Below are positions 1-8,917 of a stretch of DNA of 64,000 bases, piece by piece. The translations under genes and the position numbers were made by a program. The notes below the pieces were generated by a model that was not told where the DNA came from, did not search any database, and was given only the letters and a program-made list of their open reading frames with translations. The stretch is from a virus. The stretch covers positions 1-64,000 of IMG/VR virus record IMGVR_UViG_3300008050_000036, one strand, 5' to 3'. Within the stretch, counting starts at the first letter, position 1; each line of letters opens with the position of its first letter.

Positions 1-776
1 CCCCTATGCAAAAAGGAATAGTCCATTGTGCTGATGTTGGGCCAGCAATGACGGCTTCAGGGCCTCCTTACTCAAGAACAGGGCAAGAGGCCGTTGAAGC
101 CGAAGCAATAGTAGTTCAAGCCCCTATGCACGACCCATCACCAACCCTTGACGCTTCTTATGGTGTAGGGGCAGGTATGCGAGCAGGTATTGAACGGCAA
201 TGTATTGGTGTTTCTAAAACCTATATTGAAAGCGATTTTGCTGAATATAGCGAAAGTGAAAAAGGATGCACTTTGCGTTGTTCGGGCGGAGATGGTATGG
301 AAGTCTTAGTCAATGAAAAAATTGGTGTTGATATTTGGAATCATCAAATTACAGGTGAAACGGCTTCAACGATGGGGTCTAATACTGGTATTGCTATTGA
401 TAATGGGCCAATGGTGATGGAAAAAGAAGGGGTGGTAGCACCGACTCTTACATCATGGAATCTTGATAGCCGTTCACCACAAAGCGAAGAACAACAGAAG
501 ATTGTGGGCGCGATATTTGAAACAACCCATGTTGTGCGCCGCCTAACCCCAAATGAATGTGAACGCTTGCAGGGCTTCCCTGACAATTATACTCAAATAC
601 CATACAAAGGTAAATCTATTGAAGATTGCCCCCAAACCCACCGCTACAAGGCATTGGGCAATAGTATGGCAGTTCCGGTAATGAAATGGATTGGGCAGCG
701 TGTTGAAGCGGTTGATTCATTAGATTTAAGTGAAAGAAAAGCCAGTAAAACAACCGTTCAAAAAAGCCTTTGGTGA
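1..776 (+). CDS. C5-cytosine DNA methyltransferase, C-terminal part (gene starts before the window)
   Basis: Motifs IX/X: VRRLTPNECERLQGFPDNYT and RYKALGNSMAVPVMKWIG. The variable region has repeated xxPTL[DT]AS-like segments. Confidence 0.9.
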   Translation, partial: PMQKGIVHCADVGPAMTASGPPYSRTGQEAVEAEAIVVQAPMHDPSPTLDASYGVGAGMRAGIERQCIGVSKTYIESDFAEYSESEKGCTLRCSGGDGMEVLVNEKIGVDIWNHQITGETASTMGSNTGIAIDNGPMVMEKEGVVAPTLTSWNLDSRSPQSEEQQKIVGAIFETTHVVRRLTPNECERLQGFPDNYTQIPYKGKSIEDCPQTHRYKALGNSMAVPVMKWIGQRVEAVDSLDLSERKASKTTVQKSLW

Positions 777-783
777 TGATATT

Positions 784-2073
784 ATGGGGTTTGAATTATT
801 ACATGGGAATTGCCTCACGGTAATGGCCGAAATGGATGACAATACAATTGATTCTATCGTCTGCGACCCACCGTATGGATTACATTTTATGCAATCCAAA
901 TGGGATTACGATGTGCCGTCTGTTGAGATTTGGAAAGAGGCTTTAAGGGTCTTAAAACCCGGAGGCCACCTTCTTTCATTCGCCGGTTCTCGCACTTATC
1001 ACCGTATGGCGGTGAACATTGAAGATGCAGGGTTTGAAATCAGGGACCAAATCATGTGGGTGTATGGGTCGGGTTTTCCTAAATCGTTGAACATCAGCAA
1101 GGCAATAGACAAAGCCAAAGGTGCGGAAAGAAAAGTTGTGGGGTATGATTCAAGCAAGGTAAGACCCAACAAAGAAAATTATGCTAAGAGAACTGCCCCC
1201 GCCACACCCGAAGCGAAACAATGGGATGGTTGGGGTTCAGCCCTCAAACCCGCCCATGAGCCTATCGTGGTCGCCCGTAAGCCTCTCATCGGAACTATCG
1301 TTGAGAATGTGCTTGAGCATGGCACAGGCGGATTGAACATTGACGGTTGCAGGGTTGGAACTAATGATAAATTAGTATCAGGTGGCAATTTGGTATCTCA
1401 TTCTGCCGATGAAAGAACGGGGCAAGCATTAGGTATGTTTCAACAAGGAACAGAAAACACCTTTGTTCAAAACCCAAAAGGCCGTTTCCCTGCGAATATC
1501 ATTTTTGATAAAGAAGCAAGTGCTATGCTTGATGAGCAAAGTGGTTTTACTCAAAGTGGTGCGCCCCGTAATGATAGGGAACAATCTATCGGGGCAATAT
1601 GGGGTAAAAACCGTAATCATATTCCTTGTGGTCCTCAATATGGAGATAAAGGCGGTGCATCCCGATTCTTTTACTGCGCTAAAGCAAGCAAAGACGAGCG
1701 AAACGCAGGGCTTGAACACTTTGTTGATGTTGAGCGCACTGACTACGGTGGCTTTCACAGTGAAGAAGGACTCATCGCCAACGGGCGCAACCCTGCGAAC
1801 CGACTCCCCATGAAGAACCCACATCCAACGGTAAAGCCGGTTGCCCTCATGCGCTACTTATGCCGCCTTGTGACTCAACCAAATGGAATCACCCTTGACC
1901 CTTTTATGGGTTCAGGGACAACTGGTATCGCCGCCACCCAAGAAGGCTTCAATTTTATAGGTATTGAAATGAGCGAGGAATATATCGAAATCGCCAAACA
2001 ACGAATAAATCATTGGTCTGATGCTCAAGAAGAAATAATAAAAGAAAAGAATAAACAAACCTTTCTTTGGTGA
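784..2073 (+). CDS. N6-adenine/N4-cytosine DNA methyltransferase (beta class)
   Basis: IVCDPPYG (motif IV) precedes HPTVKP and LDPFMGSGTTG (motif I). ATG 784 follows a GGTGA RBS. Confidence 0.93.
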   Translation: MGFELLHGNCLTVMAEMDDNTIDSIVCDPPYGLHFMQSKWDYDVPSVEIWKEALRVLKPGGHLLSFAGSRTYHRMAVNIEDAGFEIRDQIMWVYGSGFPKSLNISKAIDKAKGAERKVVGYDSSKVRPNKENYAKRTAPATPEAKQWDGWGSALKPAHEPIVVARKPLIGTIVENVLEHGTGGLNIDGCRVGTNDKLVSGGNLVSHSADERTGQALGMFQQGTENTFVQNPKGRFPANIIFDKEASAMLDEQSGFTQSGAPRNDREQSIGAIWGKNRNHIPCGPQYGDKGGASRFFYCAKASKDERNAGLEHFVDVERTDYGGFHSEEGLIANGRNPANRLPMKNPHPTVKPVALMRYLCRLVTQPNGITLDPFMGSGTTGIAATQEGFNFIGIEMSEEYIEIAKQRINHWSDAQEEIIKEKNKQTFLW

Positions 2074-2079
2074 TGACAA

Positions 2080-3141
2080 ATGGCACATTTATTTCGACAT
2101 TTTCCGCGCGAAGTAGATATGCGGAAGCGCAAAGTGGTGCATACGATGGAGGAATTACAACATTACGTGAACGCCACTAATGGGGGAGATAATTTAACCA
2201 CTACTGTTTATGGTTTTAGGGAATTAAAACCAAACGGGCATAGGGGCGAATACTCTACCGCCATAATACCCCATTTTGTAATTGATTTAGACTATGAACG
2301 GGCTTTGGTTGATGGGCGCACCGCGATTGAAGCAGGTAATAGGTGCATTGAAGAAGTTAATATGCTGCACCAACACTTGCTCTCAAATAACTGGAAACAT
2401 GGTATGTGGTTCACTGGCGGGGGGGTTCATATATGGGTTAATCTTGACCGCACATATTATCCTGAAGGGGCAGAAATGTCCGATATACTGATTGCTGGTC
2501 GGCGTATGATAGAGGGGTGGGTAAAGGAATGGGATTTATCCACACTTGACCCCGTAGTATCATTTCGACCTGACCGGCATATTCGCATCCCCAACACATA
2601 TAACTTCAAAAGAGGTTATTGGGGAATGCCCCTCACTACCAGTGATTTAGAAGGTGAATGGAAGGCAATACTAAATAAAGCAAACAAGCCCCATTCAGGT
2701 ATGAACATTTACGGCTCTAAGGGGCTTACGCTTGAGGTAAAGAAGCGGGACCCCAACCAACCCTTTGAAGCCGAAGCGGTTGAAGTGGATATGAAAAAAG
2801 TAGGCAAAATATCTGTATTACCCTGTTTGGCTACTGCGGCTTGCGAACAACCAAACCCGCCACACGAAGCAAGGGTATATCTAATTTTATTCTTACAAGA
2901 CCGCTTCAGGTCATTTGCCCGCCCCCCTCGTTCATCACCAACCTCTAATGCAAGTATCAAAGAGTCAATCAAGGCTTTCATTAAAGTGTTGAATTGGTCT
3001 GACTACAAAGAAGATATTACCAGTAGTTATGTTGAACATAGTGTGGACCGATATTACAAAACCCCATCTTGTAGGACATTATATGAGAATGGTTATTGCT
3101 TAGGTAAATGCCCGTTTTATGACGGTAGTGGGGGGCAATAA
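2080..3141 (+). CDS. Archaeo-eukaryotic primase, PriS catalytic domain fused to a PriL-like C-terminal Fe-S domain
   Basis: AEP motifs FVIDLD, TGGGVHIW and DRHIRIPNTYN. The C-terminus has LPCL..HEAR..YKTPSC..GYCLGKC, the four-Cys pattern of the PriL C-terminal domain. Confidence 0.85.
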   Translation: MAHLFRHFPREVDMRKRKVVHTMEELQHYVNATNGGDNLTTTVYGFRELKPNGHRGEYSTAIIPHFVIDLDYERALVDGRTAIEAGNRCIEEVNMLHQHLLSNNWKHGMWFTGGGVHIWVNLDRTYYPEGAEMSDILIAGRRMIEGWVKEWDLSTLDPVVSFRPDRHIRIPNTYNFKRGYWGMPLTTSDLEGEWKAILNKANKPHSGMNIYGSKGLTLEVKKRDPNQPFEAEAVEVDMKKVGKISVLPCLATAACEQPNPPHEARVYLILFLQDRFRSFARPPRSSPTSNASIKESIKAFIKVLNWSDYKEDITSSYVEHSVDRYYKTPSCRTLYENGYCLGKCPFYDGSGGQ

Positions 3142-3206
3142 TTCAATTGAAAAAACGATTATTTAATTGAAAAATGCGCTAAAAATAATTCAATTGAAAA
3201 AAACGA
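3138..3206. repeat. AT-rich intergenic triple direct repeat with palindromic TTCAATTGAA core
   Basis: AATAATTCAATTGAAAAAACGA (~3138), TTATTTAATTGAAAAATGC (~3159) and AATAATTCAATTGAAAAAAACGA (~3184). Confidence 0.8.
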
Positions 3207-3220
3207 AGGAGATATTAAAA

Positions 3221-3325
3221 ATGAGATTATGTGTAGTTAGAAATTGTGATAAAATAGCCCGCCGTGGGTTTAGAAAGTGTATCTCTTGCTTGCAGGGAAT
3301 AAAACCACCAACGGAGGAAGAATGA
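3221..3325 (+). CDS. Small Zn-finger protein (34 aa, not in ORF track)
   Basis: MRLCVVRNCDKIARRGFRKCISCLQGIKPPTEEE. Upstream AAGGAG RBS; ATGA overlap with the next gene. Confidence 0.65.
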   Translation: MRLCVVRNCDKIARRGFRKCISCLQGIKPPTEEE

Positions 3326-3663
3326 TGGTAGAAGAAGATTTAGAAAAGATAAGAGCCGATAAATTAGCCGCCATTAGTGCTAAAATGAATGAGGTAAAAG
3401 ACGAAGTAAAAGACCTACAAGCCATGCAAAATGAGTTCACTTGGTCTGACTTTGGCTTTGATGAACCGGAATGGGCTTTTAGAGATAGTGAAGAAATGTC
3501 CGGTGCTATGGAAATATGCCAGCGAGGTCAAACCGTTGCCATCACTGGTGACCCCCGTTGGGCATTGTTGGTGACAGATTTACTCAACCGAGCCAAGTTA
3601 GAAGAATTGATATTAAGTGAAAGGAGGGATTCTGCATCAAAAAATGTAAAGGTTGTGGAATGA
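3322..3663 (+). CDS. Hypothetical protein
   Basis: ORF with GGAGG RBS and ATG at 3322; acidic, with a coiled-coil-like N-terminus. Confidence 0.75.
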   Translation: MMVEEDLEKIRADKLAAISAKMNEVKDEVKDLQAMQNEFTWSDFGFDEPEWAFRDSEEMSGAMEICQRGQTVAITGDPRWALLVTDLLNRAKLEELILSERRDSASKNVKVVE

Positions 3664-3732
3664 TGGTTAAGGTATTGCACCCTGAGCATCGGCTTTGCAC
3701 AAGATGTGAGCGTAAGTTAAGGAGGCATCTAA

Positions 3733-4440
3733 ATGGCAGATAAGATATTGTATATTGATAATCGTGAACGGTCAGGTCTTGAAGAAGCAGTAAAAAAACA
3801 CGCTGATAAAAATAAAATAAAATGGGAAGTCAAACAAAACCTCATTACCGATTATTGCTATGGCTCTTTAGGCATTGAAGCAAAGAGTATGCAAGACTAT
3901 TTTCAATCATTACAAAGCGGCCACCTTCAACACCAATTAGAAAACATGGATGATAATTATGCCCGCATGGTGTTAGTCATTCATGGTAAATTAGACGGTT
4001 ATGTGGGGCGTTTGCGGCGGCGAGGCAGTAAGATGCCCTATGCCCGCGTAGAAGCCCAATTTATAGGCTCTTTGGCCCGCTTTGATGTGGATTTTGATAT
4101 GACTATTATGCACTTCCCTACTTCATCTGCCGCCGCCCGATGGATTGTTAAGCGGTGTCAGAAAGACGGCACAATAGGCAGCACTACCACTTATCGCACC
4201 CTACGGCGCACTACCAGTGAAGATTTACGCATTGATGCTTTACGTGCAATTGGTTGTAGTGAGGCTATTGCCACACGCCTAATAGCGAAGTTCGGCTCAA
4301 TCGCTGAAATATCGTGTGCTAATACAAAAGAATTGATGAAATTAGAAGGGGTCGGGAAGATTCGGGCGAAGGCAATTGTTGATGCCTTGAATAGTGAAAA
4401 CGCAGTGATGAAAGAAAAGGTCAAAATTACCTACGCCTAA
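3733..4440 (+). CDS. ERCC4/XPF (Hef-like) structure-specific nuclease with HhH motifs
   Basis: YIDNRE ... DYCYGSLGIEAKSMQDYFQSLQSGHL..QL (GDxxxERK-type). C-terminal KFGSIAEI..ELMKLEGVGKIRA is a helix-hairpin-helix. Confidence 0.88.
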   Translation: MADKILYIDNRERSGLEEAVKKHADKNKIKWEVKQNLITDYCYGSLGIEAKSMQDYFQSLQSGHLQHQLENMDDNYARMVLVIHGKLDGYVGRLRRRGSKMPYARVEAQFIGSLARFDVDFDMTIMHFPTSSAAARWIVKRCQKDGTIGSTTTYRTLRRTTSEDLRIDALRAIGCSEAIATRLIAKFGSIAEISCANTKELMKLEGVGKIRAKAIVDALNSENAVMKEKVKITYA

Positions 4441-4490
4441 AGCATTAAATGGGTGAGCCATATAGCAAGAAATCCGCAGGGGAAGATGAA

Positions 4491-6035
4491 ATGACAATAA
4501 CTATAAGTGAGGAAATGAATAACTTAGAAAACAAAGTTCGCAAGTGGGATGACTACATGCTTGTGCAGGATGATAATGAGGGTGCGAGATTTATAAAACA
4601 TTATCTTGACCGCTTTAATACGGTGTCATATTTCAATGAGTTCGCCGGTTTGCTTTCATTCTTTTTTACGATGGGACAATTATGTGCGCCATATATGAGA
4701 ATACCGATTCTTGGGACATGGATTGATTGTAGGGTCCATACCTTTTGGATTCAACAATCAAGAACAGGTAAGTCGATTGCTTGGGAGTTCACTAATCGCT
4801 TATTAGGGGCTTTAGGTGTTGAAAGCGAATCATTTACTGCTGGTTCTGATGCTAAATTGATTGGAACAGTTAAAGAAGAAAGAATATATGATGATAACGG
4901 GCGACCTACTGGTGAAACACAGGTAATAACTACTGAGGGGCTATTAAATGGCTATAAAACGCTTGTATTTGATGAGGCTTCGGTTTTATTAAATGACAGT
5001 AAATCTCATTTTAGTGAAAAAATACTTTATTTACAACAGGCTATGGCCCCTCTTGGGTCAAGCACCAATGTATTAGTAAAGCACTTGGTAGGAGGGTCCG
5101 TTCACACACCTTCAGGTGTTTCCTTGTGGATGACAACCTTCCCCCCAAAAGACATTATGGCCCATGTATTAGACAAAGGCTTTTTTCAACGGGTTTTCTT
5201 ATTTCAAAATGATATTACCGCCGAACAACGCCACACAACCAGTGAAAAACGCATGGGTGGTGCATATGAAAAGGTAGATGAAGAAATAATGGATTATGAG
5301 GAAATTGCTGAATATATGCAAGGGTGTTGTGATTTAGTAAGAGAACGCCTTTGGGATGCTATCGGCCTTGAAAGTCGCTATATTGAAGTGCCTGACCCAA
5401 TGAACCCAAGAGAGCAAACCATGAGGCAAGAATTGACAAAGGCTACCCAATGGGCATCTTTAACTGATAGAGAGCGTGAAGATTACGCCATAAAACATGC
5501 ACACGATATATTTGACATATCTCCGGGGTATCACCCTGCTTTATTCAATGCACTTGATGATTATTACAGTTTAGCCAGTAGCATTTCAAATGAACATGTT
5601 AAGGAAACAGCGTTATCATTTTTACCGAACATTGAGAATTACACATTGATATTTTCTAATTTAATCGCCACCATTCGCCGTGAAAGCACAATTACCGAGG
5701 AACACATAATGATGGCTAATGAGATTATTTTTGACAATTTTCACAATTTGATTATTTGGCTTGAACAAAAACAAAGTGTGGTAAATAAGAAACGCAGCAC
5801 TGCTGAAAAGGAATCTTGGCGTAATGCTTTCAAACAATGTAAAGAATATGTGGATGATAAAGACGGTATTAAGAAAGTATTACAGGCGGATTTATTAAAG
5901 ATTTACGCTGAACAACAATCTATTGCCGACATTACTACAAGGCGGCGGTTTAATGCTCTCAAGAAAAGTGGTTTGATTACCATTAGCCGTAGTGGTAAAG
6001 GGAATCGCAACTTTATTCACTTTGCTTGGGGGTAG
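4491..6035 (+). CDS. AAA+ ATPase, probable MCM-like replicative helicase
   Basis: Walker A-like QQSRTGKS, Walker B LVFDEAS, Arg-finger-like GFFQR and a winged-helix-like C-terminus. Confidence 0.7.
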   Translation: MTITISEEMNNLENKVRKWDDYMLVQDDNEGARFIKHYLDRFNTVSYFNEFAGLLSFFFTMGQLCAPYMRIPILGTWIDCRVHTFWIQQSRTGKSIAWEFTNRLLGALGVESESFTAGSDAKLIGTVKEERIYDDNGRPTGETQVITTEGLLNGYKTLVFDEASVLLNDSKSHFSEKILYLQQAMAPLGSSTNVLVKHLVGGSVHTPSGVSLWMTTFPPKDIMAHVLDKGFFQRVFLFQNDITAEQRHTTSEKRMGGAYEKVDEEIMDYEEIAEYMQGCCDLVRERLWDAIGLESRYIEVPDPMNPREQTMRQELTKATQWASLTDREREDYAIKHAHDIFDISPGYHPALFNALDDYYSLASSISNEHVKETALSFLPNIENYTLIFSNLIATIRRESTITEEHIMMANEIIFDNFHNLIIWLEQKQSVVNKKRSTAEKESWRNAFKQCKEYVDDKDGIKKVLQADLLKIYAEQQSIADITTRRRFNALKKSGLITISRSGKGNRNFIHFAWG

Positions 6036-6040
6036 TAAGA

Positions 6041-6595
6041 TTGAGAGGAATAGCCACTTTTTATGATTCTAATTTTGAAGAAGGTTGGCGTAGTGAAGAT
6101 TTACAAGTGGTGTTTATCGCCACATGGGATGGCTTCAAACATGAGGTATTTACCAACATTGACCTTAGCGAGCGAATACTTGGTTGTCCTATCAATCCGC
6201 TTAAGGAATGGCCTTCTAATAAGGAATACGTAGGGCATAATTTAGTGGGTTCACAAACAGGCCAGTATTTTGATTTGATGGATGAGGTAAAGAAAATTAC
6301 CGCTAAGTATTTGGATAATGAAGGAAAGCGTTGTTCTTTGGGTGAATTGGCTCGCTGGAATCAGCCCCAACCCCTGATAAATGATTTAGGGTCTAAAATG
6401 CGCCGCCTGATGGCTTGGCGTAAAGGACAACACATCAAAGTAGCCCGATGGTGTATGGAAGATGCAAGACTGTGTTATGACATATTTACCAAAGTGAGGC
6501 GTAATGGGGAAATTAGATTTAAGGACAATATCACTGGGAAGAAGCCGTTTGTTAAGGTGAATTGGGTAGTTCGTGCTAAAGGAGAGGAAGAATGA
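6041..6595 (+). CDS. RNase H-fold/DEDD-like 3'-5' exonuclease-related protein (degenerate)
   Basis: YVGHNL, CSLGELAR and ARWCMEDARLCYDIF resemble exo II/III motifs. Exo I acidic residues are unclear. Confidence 0.5.
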   Translation: MRGIATFYDSNFEEGWRSEDLQVVFIATWDGFKHEVFTNIDLSERILGCPINPLKEWPSNKEYVGHNLVGSQTGQYFDLMDEVKKITAKYLDNEGKRCSLGELARWNQPQPLINDLGSKMRRLMAWRKGQHIKVARWCMEDARLCYDIFTKVRRNGEIRFKDNITGKKPFVKVNWVVRAKGEEE

Positions 6596-6906
6596 TGAAA
6601 TATAAAGCATGGAGAGAAAGCGCAATTAGGTATTTGAAAATACATAATGAAGCAACAACAGAAGAATTGATTACTAAAGTTAAAAACCAAAGTGGTAAGT
6701 TAATGGGTTCTCGCAGAATGCCGACAAGTAAAAGAGGTGCGGCAAATTGTTTGGCTTCGGATAAAAGGTTTGTTAATATACGGAATATCAAAATAGAAGC
6801 AATACCACTGGCGGTTTGGGGTTTGAAGTGCGACATTTCTCCAATGTGGGGGGAAGAAAGCCCTTCCTTATCTATTCCTCATGGGTCGCTTACCACCTGC
6901 ACCTAA
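6592..6906 (+). CDS. Hypothetical, possible winged-helix DNA-binding protein
   Basis: ATGA-coupled ORF; AIRYLK..EATTEELI..helix..LASDKRF..W pattern. Confidence 0.5.
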   Translation: MMKYKAWRESAIRYLKIHNEATTEELITKVKNQSGKLMGSRRMPTSKRGAANCLASDKRFVNIRNIKIEAIPLAVWGLKCDISPMWGEESPSLSIPHGSLTTCT

Positions 6907-7260
6907 TTGACGGCGCATCTTGGGTCTTGCCCCTGAACCACTACCGCGAACCTTGTTTCGTTTGTAGCGATTGGTTGTGCGCTTAGATTGGTTTTTGCGT
7001 GATTGACCCCAAGCCCTACGCTTGCCTTGTTTGGTAGCCCTATCAGATATGTTGTTTTTAGAATAGCCCCTAAATTGCCCTTTATCCATCTTATTTGTTT
7101 GACATCTTTCACAAAATTGCTGACCTAATGGCACTTGGGCCATACACATAACTCCTTCACAGGGCTTCCTACCCTCTCTAAGACCTATTCCCCGCCGCTT
7201 TACAACGGACCAGCCTTGATTGAAGGCATCTGTTTTAATTTGGGCCTCGCCTTTCGCCAC
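6868..7260 (-). CDS. Highly basic Zn-finger protein carrying the AFxxGWxVVK tag
   Basis: N-terminal DAFNQGWSVVK, then CxxxxC..CxxC, then an Arg/Lys/Gly-rich tail. Confidence 0.7.
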   Translation of the reverse strand: MAKGEAQIKTDAFNQGWSVVKRRGIGLREGRKPCEGVMCMAQVPLGQQFCERCQTNKMDKGQFRGYSKNNISDRATKQGKRRAWGQSRKNQSKRTTNRYKRNKVRGSGSGARPKMRRQLGAGGKRPMRNR

Positions 7261-7415
7261 AAACTACCGCAGGTAGGACATTCCCATAAATATATCCTCT
7301 CCCGACTACCCGCATAGAAGCCATTTATGCGTAAAGCAAGAACGGGGGCTTCACATTTAATACATATTTGTTCAACTTTATCACGATAAGTAGCATCCCT
7401 GTATTTGTTCCCCAC
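7200..7415 (-). CDS. Zn-ribbon protein
   Basis: CIKC...WECPTCG; GTG start 2 nt after the upstream stop. Confidence 0.7.
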   Translation of the reverse strand: MGNKYRDATYRDKVEQICIKCEAPVLALRINGFYAGSRERIYLWECPTCGSLWRKARPKLKQMPSIKAGPL

Positions 7416-7417
7416 GC

Positions 7418-8575
7418 TCAATACCCCGCATGAGTATAATAAAACCATACATCACCAGCCCCAAGAGGTCCTTGAGGCACTGGCACAGTCAAAGCCAAAT
7501 CCATGAAAGTCACTATTTTACCCATAATTGTATAATGCACCCCTTCAATCAAAGGAACGGTCTTACCTGTAATGTCAGCCCAAACCCCTGACACAATATG
7601 TAATGTGGCTGCACCAGCCGTATTCTCAACAGATAAAGGGGTAAATTGTAAAGGGGCAGCCGCCGGTCCTAAACCAACATAACCCACTACCTCTTTTGCT
7701 TGTCGATGAACAGGAGTAATTTGATATGCACCACCATTACCTGCACCTATGGCTTGGTCTGCTTGATAAAACAAATGTGTTTCACCTGCCCCATGAATAT
7801 GAGCATTCAAAGGATTATAGCCAGCAGGGTCACGGGCATAAACCATACCCAAAGTAGCCATAGGCAACCCTCCGGGGGTCAAAGCAGGTATTGTGCCGTA
7901 ATCATTTTGGGGGTCAATAGCCCCACCTGACCCCTCAAGGGCAGTAAGAGGAATAGGCCCCCCTCTAATAAAAAGGCGTTTATCTTCAACAGATACTACA
8001 TTAAGCAAGGGTGTAGCATAAGACACTCTTACTGCACCAAGAATGCAAGATTGTTTAATTAAATGAGAAGAAGGCATTTGCGGATAAATACCAGTGCTGG
8101 TATCAACAACAGTGCCTCCAACAAGCCCCACATTATTTGTTCCCGGTAATTCAGGGTCCACAATAACCAAAACCCAACATTCTTCATTAACAACCGAAGG
8201 CAATACCATACCTCCCGCATTAAAACGTGCATTGTAAAATGCTACATTATCAATATCAAACGCCGCTACATTACCTACATTATAGTAAATGCCGTCTAAA
8301 CAAGCAACTCCTGTATCAACAAAAATAGAATTACTGGCTGCACCATTTTTACGCACCGCACAATTACCACTAATAGGATTATTGCGGTCTGAACCCCCTG
8401 AATCATTACCATAATTGGTTAATGTAAGAGGTATTATTCCGTTGTAAAGCCCACGTTCCGCAAAGCCAGTAAGTGAGGCGGTAGATAGCACATCAGTATC
8501 TCTTAGGCCGTCTGTTTGCCATGTAGCACCTGTGCCTGTTTTTTCGTGTCCCTCTCCTATGCCTGTTGTTCCCAT
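7418..8575 (-). CDS. Putative tail/tail-tip structural protein
   Basis: 385 aa, Gly/Thr/Val-rich beta composition, last large gene of the tail module. Confidence 0.6.
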   Translation of the reverse strand: MGTTGIGEGHEKTGTGATWQTDGLRDTDVLSTASLTGFAERGLYNGIIPLTLTNYGNDSGGSDRNNPISGNCAVRKNGAASNSIFVDTGVACLDGIYYNVGNVAAFDIDNVAFYNARFNAGGMVLPSVVNEECWVLVIVDPELPGTNNVGLVGGTVVDTSTGIYPQMPSSHLIKQSCILGAVRVSYATPLLNVVSVEDKRLFIRGGPIPLTALEGSGGAIDPQNDYGTIPALTPGGLPMATLGMVYARDPAGYNPLNAHIHGAGETHLFYQADQAIGAGNGGAYQITPVHRQAKEVVGYVGLGPAAAPLQFTPLSVENTAGAATLHIVSGVWADITGKTVPLIEGVHYTIMGKIVTFMDLALTVPVPQGPLGAGDVWFYYTHAGY

Positions 8576-8916
8576 TATCTAACCTCCATGACAATATCAA
8601 CCCGAATCTCATTTGTGCTATTCTTGGATATAGGAATAAAACTGCTGCGGTAAGCGGGGCTATCAAGTGTCGTTGCACCATGAATTACTACTTCTTTAAT
8701 ATCATTAGCACTAATCATTTGGGTGTCAAAAATACCGCTAATTGATATTACCCTATCGTCAAGGCGTTGAACGGTAGGTGTGACTGAAAAGGCTACATTA
8801 CCCGCGCCCCCATCACGACTGGTAGCCTCTCCACCAGCAGTGCCGAGGCTCATTTGACTAACAAGAGTCTGTAAATGTGCTGCTAATTTTGCCTTTATTC
8901 CGTCTAATACTGGCAT
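8575..8916 (-). CDS. Small tail-tip/baseplate-associated protein
   Basis: MSLGTAGG...IKEVVI...FIPISKNSTNEIRVDI resembles small tail proteins of archaeal tailed viruses; positional context. Confidence 0.55.
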   Translation of the reverse strand: MPVLDGIKAKLAAHLQTLVSQMSLGTAGGEATSRDGGAGNVAFSVTPTVQRLDDRVISISGIFDTQMISANDIKEVVIHGATTLDSPAYRSSFIPISKNSTNEIRVDIVMEVR

Positions 8917-8917
8917 A

